Origin: a virus
Lineage: Duplodnaviria; Caudoviricetes
Strand: one strand, 5' to 3'
Virus record (IMG/VR): IMGVR_UViG_3300037310_000051
Coordinates: 1-59,443 of that record
DNA: 59,443 bases
Shown here in pieces: positions 43,869 to 53,835 of the stretch. The notes beneath the pieces were generated by a model. The model saw only the letters and a program-made list of their open reading frames with translations, was not told the origin of the DNA and did no database searches. The position numbers and the translations under genes were made by a program. Numbering within the stretch: position 1 is the stretch's first letter; every line of letters starts with the position of its first letter.

Positions 43869-44345
43869 ATGGGAAGACGCAAAATACAGTATACAAATCA
43901 ATCAGTTATAGACGAATTTCATCGGTCGTACTGCAAAAAAGATGGCAAGCTTGGATGTTTTGTCTGGTTACTATCTACGACTAACGAGGGATATGGGATT
44001 TTTCACACAAAACTGGCCCATCGATATGCCTACGCGCTTGTACATGGAGATAGAGCAATAGCCGGTCTATATGTCTGCCACAAATGCGATAACAGGGCAT
44101 GCGTGAATCCCGATCATTTATTCGCTGGAAGTCCTGCAGTCAATGTGCATGACATGATTGAAAAAGGCCGACGCAAACCGCGAAAGATGGAAATTGCCGA
44201 TGAGCTTCGCGAGAAAATTATAAACCTCTGGACTGCAAGGAAAACACGAAGAGGAATAACCTGCTACGGGGAAGCCGATAGGATAGCCGAATTGGTAGGT
44301 TTAAAAAGCGGTATGATTCGCTTGATAGTGAAGGGGAAACGATAG
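43869..44345 (+). CDS. HNH endonuclease
   Basis: CFVWL...GYG...AHRYAY...[17 protein letters not shown]....N..DM..KGR; SD AAGGAGG; the only convincing plus-strand gene. Confidence 0.9.
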   Translation: MGRRKIQYTNQSVIDEFHRSYCKKDGKLGCFVWLLSTTNEGYGIFHTKLAHRYAYALVHGDRAIAGLYVCHKCDNRACVNPDHLFAGSPAVNVHDMIEKGRRKPRKMEIADELREKIINLWTARKTRRGITCYGEADRIAELVGLKSGMIRLIVKGKR

Positions 44346-44361
44346 CCAGCGCCTCGGCTAA

Positions 44362-44574
44362 CTAGGGATTCTTGCGGGCGTAGCAGGCGTCCAGGTCGGC
44401 GCTCAGGGCGTCGAGGTACTCCAGGTTGATCGCAGCGTATCCAGGCCGCACGTTGCCCGCGGCATCATACGCCCGCTCGACATGGCGCTCATACGGTTTT
44501 GTCGTCGTCGCGCAACTTGTCCAGCTCATCGCGCAGCACAGTCCGATCGCGATCGATAAGGGCGTCCGTCGCAT
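44362..44574 (-). CDS. Lipoprotein, possible o-spanin
   Basis: Signal ending in TSC lipobox; overlaps the upstream small gene; last gene of the lysis block. Confidence 0.5.
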   Translation of the reverse strand: MRRTPLSIAIGLCCAMSWTSCATTTKPYERHVERAYDAAGNVRPGYAAINLEYLDALSADLDACYARKNP

Positions 44575-44668
44575 GATCCTCCTCCTCTGTTTTTTTCTCG
44601 ACCCGGCCCATCACATAGTTACCCACGCGCACGGCCAGGTCGATTAGTGGGCCAAACCACACCGGCAT
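44489..44668 (-). CDS. Small protein, possible i-spanin (59 aa, not in ORF track)
   Basis: TAATG-coupled; hydrophobic N-terminus then a charged helix; overlapped by the lipoprotein gene. Confidence 0.4.
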   Translation of the reverse strand: MPVWFGPLIDLAVRVGNYVMGRVEKKTEEEDHATDALIDRDRTVLRDELDKLRDDDKTV

Positions 44669-45138
44669 TATTTCTGCTCCGAGGGCTTCACGATGTCTTT
44701 TGACGTGTTCTCCTCGGCCGCACCGCCCGTGATGGTGTCGTAGATCTTTCCGCCCGCGTCAATTGCGTCACTTGCCACTTGCTTGATCTTGTCGAGCGTA
44801 ACGCCACAGCCGGAGAGTGTGAGCGAGAGACCAATGATTACGATAAGTCCACTGATGGATTTCATGGTTGCATCTCCTTTGGTGAGGGTGATGAATTTGT
44901 CGCGCACATCTTTCAGATGACTACCCAGCGACGAGCCAAAATACCAGGTCAGAATGCCGGTCCAGGCCGTGCCCAAACTGCCGAGCATGACGAGCAGGAC
45001 TTCATGGGAGTCCTCCTGAATCTGTAGCATCATGAGGGCTGCGATTACCGCGAAGAAGCCGAACGTCACGATAACGGTGATGACCGCCATGACCCGCAGC
45101 TGGAAGAGTTGAATTCTGCCTTGAATGTCGTCGTCCAT
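44668..45138 (-). CDS. Holin-like membrane protein fused in frame to a lipoprotein-like C-terminus
   Basis: Two TM helices and a WYFGSS.GS motif; internal SD+ATG at 44865 begins MKSISGLIVIIGLSLTLSG|C. Confidence 0.6.
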   Translation of the reverse strand: MDDDIQGRIQLFQLRVMAVITVIVTFGFFAVIAALMMLQIQEDSHEVLLVMLGSLGTAWTGILTWYFGSSLGSHLKDVRDKFITLTKGDATMKSISGLIVIIGLSLTLSGCGVTLDKIKQVASDAIDAGGKIYDTITGGAAEENTSKDIVKPSEQK

Positions 45139-45151
45139 GGGAAAACCTCCT

Positions 45152-45469
45152 TTATTCGATCCGCCGGTGAGTATTTGTAATGGCGCCCTTCAACTCGCTC
45201 AGTAGGCGGATCAGCTCCGTGTTCTGCGCGCGTAGGGCGGATAATGCCTCATCGGTGCGTTCCTGAAAATCACGATTCGCGACCTGCTGCGCTTCCAGTG
45301 TGGCCAGATTGCGCCCGTGGTCGTCAATGCGCCCGTTCGTCTCATTAATCCGCTTGTGCAGCATCTGTACTTGTCCGTTCGCCCAGCCGAAGAAGCTCGC
45401 GATCCCCAGGATGATCCCCATGACCGCCCCGATGAACGAGTCGGCCCACTCCCACCTTGGCTCTGTCAC
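45152..45469 (-). CDS. TM plus coiled-coil protein (holin/antiholin-like)
   Basis: GTG start after SD AGGAGGAG; one TM helix then a coiled coil; next to the endolysin. Confidence 0.55.
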   Translation of the reverse strand: MTEPRWEWADSFIGAVMGIILGIASFFGWANGQVQMLHKRINETNGRIDDHGRNLATLEAQQVANRDFQERTDEALSALRAQNTELIRLLSELKGAITNTHRRIE

Positions 45470-45610
45470 TGGTCGCTCCTCCTTTCGGGCACTCATAGCA
45501 GGCGTGCCGATAGGCCTGATCGTGCGCATAGTCGGCCCCACACGCTGTACACTGGTAGAGATGCGGCCCAAGATATCCCTGCTCCCACTCGCCCGTGAAT
45601 CGCTCCGCCG

Positions 45611-46132
45611 TCATATTGTCGTGACATCCACCGGCAGCAATAATCCCAGTCCGTCTAGTTTCATGCGCCATGCAGGCTCTTCAAAATGTCCCAGATCGCC
45701 CTTTAGCATGGCGCCGATCTGATCGCCCAGCGGGTCCAGGCCGCACTTCCAGGCGATTTCATAGAGGCTATCCCAGAAGCGCATATCCACATCCCAGTCG
45801 AGCTTGCCAAATTCGTCGAACGGGACAACATCCAGCGCCAACGCTGCCGGATCGCCGCTGGTTCTCGTGATGATGTTATGTGGCGTGGTGCCCGGCTTGG
45901 CCTTAGTCTTGACCGCCGATGGGTCCGTAATCGTCCAGACGCCCGCCTCACGATCGAACGTCCGGCCCTCTTGATAGATGCGCATCTGATCCGGAAGCGA
46001 CCGCCAGGTCCAGACCACAAGGAGCACGCGCTTTAGTTGTCGCTCGCATCGAGTAATAAGTTCACGTGCGGGCTCACGAAGAAATGGCGCCAGGGCATTT
46101 AGACGGTCGAGCCGTTGATTGGCAATCGTCAT
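45611..46132 (-). CDS. Endolysin, M15-family (L-Ala-D-Glu) peptidase
   Basis: WRS..DQ..IY..GRT, T.AKPG.TPHN, ALDVVP, DLGHFE. Confidence 0.85.
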   Translation of the reverse strand: MTIANQRLDRLNALAPFLREPARELITRCERQLKRVLLVVWTWRSLPDQMRIYQEGRTFDREAGVWTITDPSAVKTKAKPGTTPHNIITRTSGDPAALALDVVPFDEFGKLDWDVDMRFWDSLYEIAWKCGLDPLGDQIGAMLKGDLGHFEEPAWRMKLDGLGLLLPVDVTTI

Positions 46133-46133
46133 C

Positions 46134-46487
46134 TCAGAGTCCTTTATAAATGGTCAGAATCTCTGCCCGTGTCGTAGCTAACGGGATGCCGAGCTTCTGC
46201 GCTGTCCAGATCGCCAGCGCCTTGAGCATCTTGGCCTCATTCACGTCGAACCGTGTTACGGCTTCCGCGTCCTTCCGCTCCGCATCGAAGTCCGCCAGCT
46301 CTTGCGCCGTGGCCAGCCGCTTCTTGTCCGACACCGTCGCGTCGTAGCGATGCAATCGCGTGTCCGGTCGATTCTGATGGGTATACTCCTGCACCGCTTC
46401 CGTCGCCGGGTCATAGTCCGGCTTGAGGCTCGCCAGCCCGCGCATGAACCGCCCGTCACTCAGTCGATAGACATACCACATCATCAC
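46134..46487 (-). CDS. Hypothetical protein after tail fibre (fibre chaperone-like)
   Basis: 117 aa, position after the fibre gene. Confidence 0.5.
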   Translation of the reverse strand: MMMWYVYRLSDGRFMRGLASLKPDYDPATEAVQEYTHQNRPDTRLHRYDATVSDKKRLATAQELADFDAERKDAEAVTRFDVNEAKMLKALAIWTAQKLGIPLATTRAEILTIYKGL

Positions 46488-46493
46488 AACACC

Positions 46494-48041
46494 TCACCAG
46501 ATAAAGCCGCGATAGTACAGATCGCTTCCCGGCCCGCCGTCAACCATCAGCGCACTATGATTCACCAACAATTCATCGAATGCACTGTAGAGTAGTTCGG
46601 CTGTGTACGCCACCGTCAACGTTAACGCCGCGTTCGACATGCCCGTTGAATCAAGATCGATTGCTGTAATCGGTCCAAGGACGGCATAATCCACCGCAGA
46701 GCCAGTCCCAGTCAGGCCTAGGATAATGGCACATAGATCAAGTGGTGGAATGCTTGCTCGCAGATCCAGAAGCGTCGTAGCCCCAGATAATTCATTGATG
46801 AGCAATCCATCGGTAGCTATTAAATCCAGCGTCCACAGGTGGTCTAACTGGGAAAACCTCACCAGATTGCTGCTCCCATTGTTGTAGGCCCAGCCGATGT
46901 GCGCATAGCGATAGCCGCTCGGCACGGTGGTCGAAAAGTCCACGTCGTTTTCCGTCACGTACACCCGCAGCCAGAGGTCGTCATCCGTGTCCGCCGTCCA
47001 GGTGCCGGTATCGGAATCGTACAACGCCTTGCTCCCGTTGGCGTAGGTCGCTGCCGATCCATCCATGCGCCAGCTGACATAATTCGTCGCGCTCACCGCC
47101 CAGTCGCCCTGTGCCACGATATGGTATTGCGTCGCCGCTGAAATTGACGCGGGCGTCGGGAATGGCACGCGCACTTGCGTCGCTGTGGTGGTCAGTCTCG
47201 ACACGTCCAGTTTTACACTTGTGGCGACCGGCGTATTATTCGGCACCCCACCGCTGTTGCCCTCGATGGTGAACCAGAGATAGCCGGTCGGCGTGCCCGT
47301 CTTGAGCAGCTTCACGTCGATAAACGGGACTGGCCCAGCGGTGCCCAACTGAAACCCTTGCGAGACTTTCACGGTCGAGTTATCGACCGCACTGCGAATC
47401 CCCTGGCTCGCATCCTCGCCCGCCGTAATGTCCTCATCGAGCAGAAAATCCTTCGCCCGATGAAAGCAGCCCCACTTCGTCGTGCCGTTGTAGATCGCAT
47501 AGATGGGGTACCAGGTCGAGGCTTGCTCCGTGCCGGTATCGAGCCCCCCCGCACCGGAGGCGGCCAGATTGACGACGATGTTGTCCCAGTCGGAGACCTC
47601 TTCCCCGTCTGACATGACGATCGCATCGGCTGAAAAGACCACGCGACTCGGCGCCAGATCGGCATCGTGATGCGTCTGTACGCGCAGACCACGGAAGGTC
47701 TGTGAGAGGGCATTGGAAAAGATCGAGTCCCACATGGCCTTCGTGATACCGAGCAACATCTTGTATGTTTTACCGCCAGTATTCTTGGTTGACGCGCCCG
47801 TGCTCTCGGCGTTCCGTGTAACGGTGAGCGTGTCTCCGCTGCGATTCGTCACTGTCACGATTTCTCGGTTGGGATCATCCGCGGGATCGGGGTAATCTGT
47901 GAAGTTCCACCAGGTGAGCGGATAGGGAAATGTGGACGGCAATCGCGAGCCGTGGCCGGTCGTCAACACAATGCTCGTCGCCGAGGCGTCATAGCCTGTT
48001 GAGACGGTCACTTTGCCAAAATTGGTGACTGGTGTACTCAT
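46494..48041 (-). CDS. Tail fibre/receptor-binding-like protein
   Basis: N-terminal EIV.VT.RSGDTLTV.R..E motif and GAGGLDTG.EQASTWY motif of phage tail proteins. Confidence 0.7.
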   Translation of the reverse strand: MSTPVTNFGKVTVSTGYDASATSIVLTTGHGSRLPSTFPYPLTWWNFTDYPDPADDPNREIVTVTNRSGDTLTVTRNAESTGASTKNTGGKTYKMLLGITKAMWDSIFSNALSQTFRGLRVQTHHDADLAPSRVVFSADAIVMSDGEEVSDWDNIVVNLAASGAGGLDTGTEQASTWYPIYAIYNGTTKWGCFHRAKDFLLDEDITAGEDASQGIRSAVDNSTVKVSQGFQLGTAGPVPFIDVKLLKTGTPTGYLWFTIEGNSGGVPNNTPVATSVKLDVSRLTTTATQVRVPFPTPASISAATQYHIVAQGDWAVSATNYVSWRMDGSAATYANGSKALYDSDTGTWTADTDDDLWLRVYVTENDVDFSTTVPSGYRYAHIGWAYNNGSSNLVRFSQLDHLWTLDLIATDGLLINELSGATTLLDLRASIPPLDLCAIILGLTGTGSAVDYAVLGPITAIDLDSTGMSNAALTLTVAYTAELLYSAFDELLVNHSALMVDGGPGSDLYYRGFIW

Positions 48042-48050
48042 TGTTAGTCC

Positions 48051-49688
48051 TCAGTATTGAATAGAAACAGAGCCATCTTGACCTGGCGATCCGTTCTGAT
48101 TGCCGGTATGTGTAGCAGGCGCCCCCGCACCGCCTGTTTTACCTCCACCGACCACAACGGCGCCGTTACTTCCACCACCTGGCGTGCCAACAGAGCCAAA
48201 GAATGTTCCGCCACCCCCGCCACCATTTGCCGTGGATAGATTGACGCCACCGCGATCGACCGTTGAGGCGGTGCCCGCCGTGCCCGTTCCAGTAGTGCCA
48301 ACCCCCTTAGCACCGACTACGATGTCAAGTGTATCGCCAATTGCAACGGTAACAGAGGATGTGGTCTTACCACTATTCCCCCCGCGTTTGCCTGCTAAAT
48401 CACCACCGGACAAGGATGCTCCGCCCCCGCCACTCCCACCCATCGTCACGATCGTAACAACGCCCGCAATGGGCGAGATCCATTGATGACTGCCCGTAGA
48501 GGTAAACGTCGCCGTGGAAAGGCCGGTCGTGCCCGGTAACTGCACCGAGATTTTTCCACTGTCCACAATATCCAGCCATGAATCGTAGGCGCGCCGCCGT
48601 AAGCTGCTCGGCATTAACTCTAGATCGTAGATAAGCCCGCGCCCGTCTTCGTCTCGCGTATTTACTCGGTGCAGAATCCACTCGCCTGCGATGCCAAGCA
48701 ACGCTATCTGCATCGAGGCGACTTGTCCTGCACGAAAGCCATAGCCGCGCACGCGACACTGCAAGAGCATGCGCGGCGTACCTGCCGTGGTAAGCTTGGC
48801 TTGGCCATAGCTGGAGGCGAGCAATTGCAATACGGCAACGTCGTTACTCGTTGGATGTATGATTTCGGCGTAATCTTCATACCGCCCATCCGTGCCGTCA
48901 ATCGCCGCACGTTCGGCGATCTGCTCAGTGCTCTCCTCAACGTGCAGCAATATCACCGGATCATCGCCTTCCATGATCGGGGTGCCCGTCACTTTGACGT
49001 GCTGCACGTTTCGATAATCGTCAAGATCCTCGGTATATGAGGCGGTTTCTACGGTTGCATCCGTGAGATCTTTCGGCGCCGTCCCGCTGGATGTGGCAAC
49101 ATACGAAATGCTTCTGTCATGACCAATGGAGAGGAGTTGCCCTACGGCAGCCCCCGCATCGCGTAGCACGTCATAGGCGCTTCCGCCCCGTGAATCGACC
49201 AGTGGCAGTGAGGCGTACTGCTCAATGGTGCCGATCTGAAAACCACAGCCCGTTAATTCATTGTCGATAAGTGAATCAATAAGATAGAGAAGATCAATGT
49301 TGGAAAAATTCCTCTGAATCTTATGGCGCGCCAGAATGTGCGAGGCGTCCTGGCAGGTACACTCGATATATTGCGCGGTGGCGGTATTATTGATCGAGTG
49401 ACGGAGGCCGGTGAGGATGCCCACGAAAAGAACTTCGTCATAATAGGTAATGCGCACGGATGAGCCTACCGACGGAATTGTAGCTTCGTTTACCAGGGTG
49501 AACTCGCACGTGGCCGAATCGCCGATGACATTGTCGATCGACAGGCTATTGACGAGCACCGCCGTCGAGACCACGCCGTCCAGCATAACGCGAATTGGTT
49601 GCGAGGCAAAGGCATCTACCGTCGCCGTTGAGAGCGGCGAGAGTGACGCCAGCGCGGAGTTGGCGATTGCTGATCCGGCAAACATCAT
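48051..49688 (-). CDS. Tail tip/hub protein with Gly-rich C-terminal domain
   Basis: Follows the tape measure gene; hub-like N-terminus; GGSGGGG...GAKG...G.DG.V.I.Y tail. Confidence 0.7.
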   Translation of the reverse strand: MMFAGSAIANSALASLSPLSTATVDAFASQPIRVMLDGVVSTAVLVNSLSIDNVIGDSATCEFTLVNEATIPSVGSSVRITYYDEVLFVGILTGLRHSINNTATAQYIECTCQDASHILARHKIQRNFSNIDLLYLIDSLIDNELTGCGFQIGTIEQYASLPLVDSRGGSAYDVLRDAGAAVGQLLSIGHDRSISYVATSSGTAPKDLTDATVETASYTEDLDDYRNVQHVKVTGTPIMEGDDPVILLHVEESTEQIAERAAIDGTDGRYEDYAEIIHPTSNDVAVLQLLASSYGQAKLTTAGTPRMLLQCRVRGYGFRAGQVASMQIALLGIAGEWILHRVNTRDEDGRGLIYDLELMPSSLRRRAYDSWLDIVDSGKISVQLPGTTGLSTATFTSTGSHQWISPIAGVVTIVTMGGSGGGGASLSGGDLAGKRGGNSGKTTSSVTVAIGDTLDIVVGAKGVGTTGTGTAGTASTVDRGGVNLSTANGGGGGGTFFGSVGTPGGGSNGAVVVGGGKTGGAGAPATHTGNQNGSPGQDGSVSIQY

Positions 49689-52378
49689 GCGGGCACCTGT
49701 CCTAATCGAAGCACGGATGGCATCTCACGTGAGACCGAGCGGGAAATCTCGCGCCCGTCTAATTGGATGATGATCGTTTGTGATGCCATCTCGCGCCCCT
49801 GTTTTCCACCTAAGCTTAACATCTCGGCCATGAACCCCGCACCCTGCTTGTTAAGCGGGATAATGGCTTCACTAGATCCCGCTTCACCAATCAGGCTCAG
49901 CGTGGGACTGGTCACGATTCCACCAGAGGCGAACGGAGACGCCAGCGCGGTCGTCGCGGCAACGATGGCCGTACCAAGCGCGGTGTTCAGCGTTGCGCCA
50001 GCGGCCACAATGGCGGCGTTTCCGGTAAACTCGGCCAGCGTCGCACCGACGATCAATGCGCCAGCAAGAGCCTGACCGACGATAGGCACTTCGGCCACGG
50101 CGGCTGCCACCGCATAGAGAAATCCCGCGATGCCTTGTAGTGCCACCTCAAGAACGGCGAGCGTGGCGTTCCCCACGGCGCCCATGGCCACGAGCGTCGT
50201 GGTCGTTGACGCTAGTAGGGCCTTGTTTGTTGCTGCGGCCACAGCAAGTCGCGCCGCCTCGCCTGATCCAAAGATCGCCGTCTTGGCCGCCTCAAAGGCT
50301 GCCGTCAGTGTCTCCATGGCGGTAAGTTTGAGCATATAGTTGGCCACCATCTGAATCAAACCATTTAGAAACGCCTGCACCACGGTAACTTGCAGCTGTT
50401 GCCAGAACTGCTGAAAGCCCTTGCCCGTCACGATCATCTGCGCCGTGGCGTTTGTAAATCCCGTGACGATCTGCGACATGGAAAACGTGTTGCTGGCGAC
50501 CAAGTCTTGCAGCTGCTTTTCAAAGAATGTCGGGAACTGTCGCGCCACGGCGATGCGCTCAGCCTCGGTGCGTCGATAGATCGCAAGTTTCTGTTCTTCC
50601 GTCAGCCCCACAGCCGCTAACTCCCGCGCCAACGAGGCTTCAATTGCGGCCATGCGCGCGGTGCGCAACTGCTCGGTACTGGCAAAGGTGCTCTGAAGGA
50701 TGCTTAGTTCGGCCTGGGCAATCGACTCGCGTGCGGCGAGCTGCGCCTGTGACGCGCGGATCTCGGCTTGCGATACGGCGGAGGCAGTTGCAACTTCTTG
50801 TGTGCGGCGTTGCTCGGTTAACAACAAGATCTTATTGTTAGCATCCGCCTCGGCGGCGATGTGCTGCTGAATCAGCTCGCGCTGCGCGTTGGCGTCGTTT
50901 GCAGCCAGCGTCAGTTTCTTATCGTAGAATGTCGTGAGGGCGGTCAGACGTTCTTGCTGTGCACGAATCTCTCGATCGATCGCCGCAAGAGCCGCCTCGC
51001 CGCTGCGCGACTCGAATTCGACCGGTGAGATGGCGCCGGAGGCCAGTGCCGCACGGGACATTGCTTCGGCGGTGGCCTGCTGTTGTGCTTCCATCGCCTT
51101 AAACTGCTCAATGTTGCGCGTCGTGGCCTCAAGATCGCTCTGCGCCCAGAGTTCACTGGCCTGCTGAAGATCTTTATAGGCCTGTACGCCTTGCGTGGCG
51201 ATGTATTCACCAAGGGCTTTCTGAGCTTTCCCGTAGGCATCGATCTCGCGCTGCACAATCTTCCAGCCCTCGTCCAGCTGCATCAGGCCCATTTTGGACT
51301 GGATCCAGGCGTCGGCTTGAGTCTTGGCTAGGGCCTGTGCTTTCTCATCGACCGTGCCGATCGTCTTGCCAAGCTCCTGGACGGCGACGCCTTGCTCACG
51401 AATGGCTTTGATCTGTGCCGCTGCCGCCTCGTCCCACTTACGGAAGATCTCCGGGACTTTCCCGATCTCGAAGATGGAGAGCGCGGCTTGCTCTTTCAGA
51501 AAGCCGAAGAGCGATTCCAGGCGCACATAGAGCGTGCGGGTGGCAATCGTGATGTCGTCGGTGATCGTGGCGGCCAGATTGTTTAGCGCAAGGCGTGCTT
51601 CGTTGACCCCTTTGACCATGGGCGCGAACAGCACGGCGAGGTGCTTATCCAGATTGTCCGACGCCAGCGCCAGCATGTCGAACGTGTCGTTGACGTCGAG
51701 CAACGCCTTGTTGGATTGCTCACTTAGCACGTTCGCCATCTTGGCGGCTTCGATGGCGGACTGGCGGAATCCTTCGGCGCCTTGATTGAGCGTGCTGGTG
51801 AGCTTGATGCCGGAGCGACCGAGCAGCTCCGTAACGAGTCGCGTTTTCTCAAACCCATCCGGGAGCTTACTGACGCGATCGGCGATGAGTGAGAGCACTT
51901 CGGAGGGTGATTCCAGCCCCGTCATAACTAAGCCGAGTTGCGCGAAGGCCTGTCCGGCTTGACTGGATGAGTCTCTAGCTTCGTGGATGTTGCGAGAGAG
52001 TGCGCGAAACAGCGTGCCCAGTTCTTCGGCGCGCACGCCGTTCTTGCGCATAACGGGCTCGAACTGTTGCAGTTCTCGCAGGGAGAGGCCGGTTGCTTCG
52101 GCGATCCGCTGCATACCCTCGACGGCGTCCGATGCTGACCGCGTCACCGAGAAGGCAAAGCCCGCCACAGCAACCGTGGCCTTTGCGATGCCCTTAACCA
52201 GATCAACGGCCAGGATACCGCTCGCGGTGCCGACGGCGACACCAAAGCCGGAGATGCCATTCGCCGCCACGCCCGCCGCGCGTGTGAGTTGGCCAAGGCC
52301 GCGCTCGGCGTCCTTCATGCCCTTGTCGTCGAAGTTGGCTTCGACGCCGAAGCTAACTTTCCCGATCTCGTCAGCCAT
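49685..52378 (-). CDS. Tape measure protein
   Basis: 897 aa Ala-rich helical protein; C-terminal FASGGIV..PT...IGEAG..EAIIPL and LDGREI motifs. Confidence 0.92.
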   Translation of the reverse strand: MADEIGKVSFGVEANFDDKGMKDAERGLGQLTRAAGVAANGISGFGVAVGTASGILAVDLVKGIAKATVAVAGFAFSVTRSASDAVEGMQRIAEATGLSLRELQQFEPVMRKNGVRAEELGTLFRALSRNIHEARDSSSQAGQAFAQLGLVMTGLESPSEVLSLIADRVSKLPDGFEKTRLVTELLGRSGIKLTSTLNQGAEGFRQSAIEAAKMANVLSEQSNKALLDVNDTFDMLALASDNLDKHLAVLFAPMVKGVNEARLALNNLAATITDDITIATRTLYVRLESLFGFLKEQAALSIFEIGKVPEIFRKWDEAAAAQIKAIREQGVAVQELGKTIGTVDEKAQALAKTQADAWIQSKMGLMQLDEGWKIVQREIDAYGKAQKALGEYIATQGVQAYKDLQQASELWAQSDLEATTRNIEQFKAMEAQQQATAEAMSRAALASGAISPVEFESRSGEAALAAIDREIRAQQERLTALTTFYDKKLTLAANDANAQRELIQQHIAAEADANNKILLLTEQRRTQEVATASAVSQAEIRASQAQLAARESIAQAELSILQSTFASTEQLRTARMAAIEASLARELAAVGLTEEQKLAIYRRTEAERIAVARQFPTFFEKQLQDLVASNTFSMSQIVTGFTNATAQMIVTGKGFQQFWQQLQVTVVQAFLNGLIQMVANYMLKLTAMETLTAAFEAAKTAIFGSGEAARLAVAAATNKALLASTTTTLVAMGAVGNATLAVLEVALQGIAGFLYAVAAAVAEVPIVGQALAGALIVGATLAEFTGNAAIVAAGATLNTALGTAIVAATTALASPFASGGIVTSPTLSLIGEAGSSEAIIPLNKQGAGFMAEMLSLGGKQGREMASQTIIIQLDGREISRSVSREMPSVLRLGQVPA

Positions 52379-52554
52379 TAGCGGCGTCTCCCCTTTGCGT
52401 CCTTCATGGCGCGCTGCTCCGCTTCATGCTTCCGCTGAAAGTACACCGCCCATCGCTGGTACTCCACTATGTCCATGCGCTCCAGATCCGATACGAAACA
52501 GCCCAACTCGTGCGCCAGAAAATACTGAAACTGCAAATCAGGCTGTAGGTCGAA
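52378..52554 (-). CDS. Frameshifted C-terminal part (gpT-like) of tail assembly chaperone
   Basis: +1 frame FDLQPD...FLAHELGCFVSDLERM...EYQRWAVYF, stop overlapping the TMP start; entered at TTT CGA (52550-52555). Confidence 0.75.
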   Translation of the reverse strand, partial: FDLQPDLQFQYFLAHELGCFVSDLERMDIVEYQRWAVYFQRKHEAEQRAMKDAKGRRR

Positions 52555-52873
52555 ACTGATCCGCTAACTCGGCTGCCCCCTTCTTCGACCAGCCGTTGAA
52601 CTCATTGATGCGCTGAATCAGCGTGTCCGACAGCACGGCGGGCAGTTGCTCGACCTCTTCCACCGTCATCGGCGGCACCACGCTGAGGGCGATAATCTCG
52701 GCGGTCAACCCCTGCACGTCCGCCTGTGGCGTGTCGATCTTATACGTGTGGTAGAGATGCTTGCGCTCCCCCACCGTGATGCGCCGAATGCGCACCGTCA
52801 CATCGAACTCCGGGATCGTGATCTCCTGTTCGCGCACGTCCGACTTGCTGCTGAGATACTCTTTCAGATTCAT
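52538..52873 (-). CDS. Tail assembly chaperone (gpG-like)
   Basis: Between tail tube and TMP; I.IPE...V.IR.IT..ER motif. Confidence 0.8.
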   Translation of the reverse strand: MNLKEYLSSKSDVREQEITIPEFDVTVRIRRITVGERKHLYHTYKIDTPQADVQGLTAEIIALSVVPPMTVEEVEQLPAVLSDTLIQRINEFNGWSKKGAAELADQFRPTA

Positions 52874-52929
52874 GATATGCCGTCGCCTCCCGTGAAATAA
52901 GGTTTGCCGCCTCGCCCATCCTTATGAAA

Positions 52930-53391
52930 TTAGGTCGTCGCGGTGGCCCTGGTGATGTCGCCCGCGCTCAAGAACGTGAGCGTGTTCCCCAGCGGATCGC
53001 CAACCTGTCCGTCGAAAATCGTCCGCTCGCCCATGACCGCCAGCATGCTGTACTCCGGATTCGTCGCCGTGCGGTTGGCCGAATACGGACGCATGCGCAC
53101 CAAGAACTTCAGCCCCGCCTGGCTTACCGTGCGCAGGTTCTCCACCAGTTGATCGATGTTTTCGCCCGCATCGCCCGTGTCGTAGGCCTGCATGACCTCG
53201 GCGGAGATATCGGCCTCGCCCAAGCCGATCGCGCGCACGCGCGTGGTGCTTCCCATCACGGTCACATCGTGGTCGTCGAACGATTCGTTCCACGTCAGCT
53301 TCTTAAGCCGATTGGAGATGTTTCGATCCGCGCTGGCCGTGCCGGTGCCAACAGCGAAGAACGCATTAGTGAGAATGATCGTATTAGGCAT
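52930..53391 (-). CDS. Major tail (tube) protein
   Basis: IILTNA...IS...DVT.MG....GL....NP.Y....G.VGD motifs; strong SD AAGGAGG; canonical position. Confidence 0.8.
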   Translation of the reverse strand: MPNTIILTNAFFAVGTGTASADRNISNRLKKLTWNESFDDHDVTVMGSTTRVRAIGLGEADISAEVMQAYDTGDAGENIDQLVENLRTVSQAGLKFLVRMRPYSANRTATNPEYSMLAVMGERTIFDGQVGDPLGNTLTFLSAGDITRATATT

Positions 53392-53436
53392 GTGAGCTCC
53401 CTCCTTCTGATGTGAAAAACAATCAACCGTCTCTCG

Positions 53437-53835
53437 TTACGTCGTCAATGATCGTGCAACCTCATAGTTGCAGGCAAACAGCGGTCTGGATTCATCGTCA
53501 ACCCCGATATAGTACGGCGTCGAAGCCCCCGTAATCCACTGATAGAGCCGCCCGTTCATGCCACGAGTTCGCATGCCGTCGAACAGGCTGTGCGCCGCGC
53601 TCATGATGGATTCCGCCGTGGCATAGTCCGTCGCCCGCGCGCGAAGCTGGCACCGCAAGAGTTCAACTGGTGCGGCTCCGGCACTCGTCCCGTATGCGTG
53701 CAGGCTGCCCAGCCCGGCGGTCTGCGTAATGCAGAGGGCTTGGTGCGGGCGCGCGGGAAGATCGCCCGTGAAGATGGCTGCCGCCGTAAAGCCCTGCGTG
53801 CTTAGCAGTCCCGATAGATCGTCAGCGAAGCCCAT
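53437..53835 (-). CDS. Tail terminator/completion protein
   Basis: Q.R.RA.DY..A, YIG.D...RP.F..NY; upstream of the tube gene. Confidence 0.75.
   Translation of the reverse strand: MGFADDLSGLLSTQGFTAAAIFTGDLPARPHQALCITQTAGLGSLHAYGTSAGAAPVELLRCQLRARATDYATAESIMSAAHSLFDGMRTRGMNGRLYQWITGASTPYYIGVDDESRPLFACNYEVARSLTT

Noticed and set aside
43869-44345. HNH gene as intron-encoded, or as an immunity repressor at the divergent promoter
   Set aside because: It is free-standing, interrupts no gene, and has clear HNH motifs rather than a CI-like HTH/peptidase.
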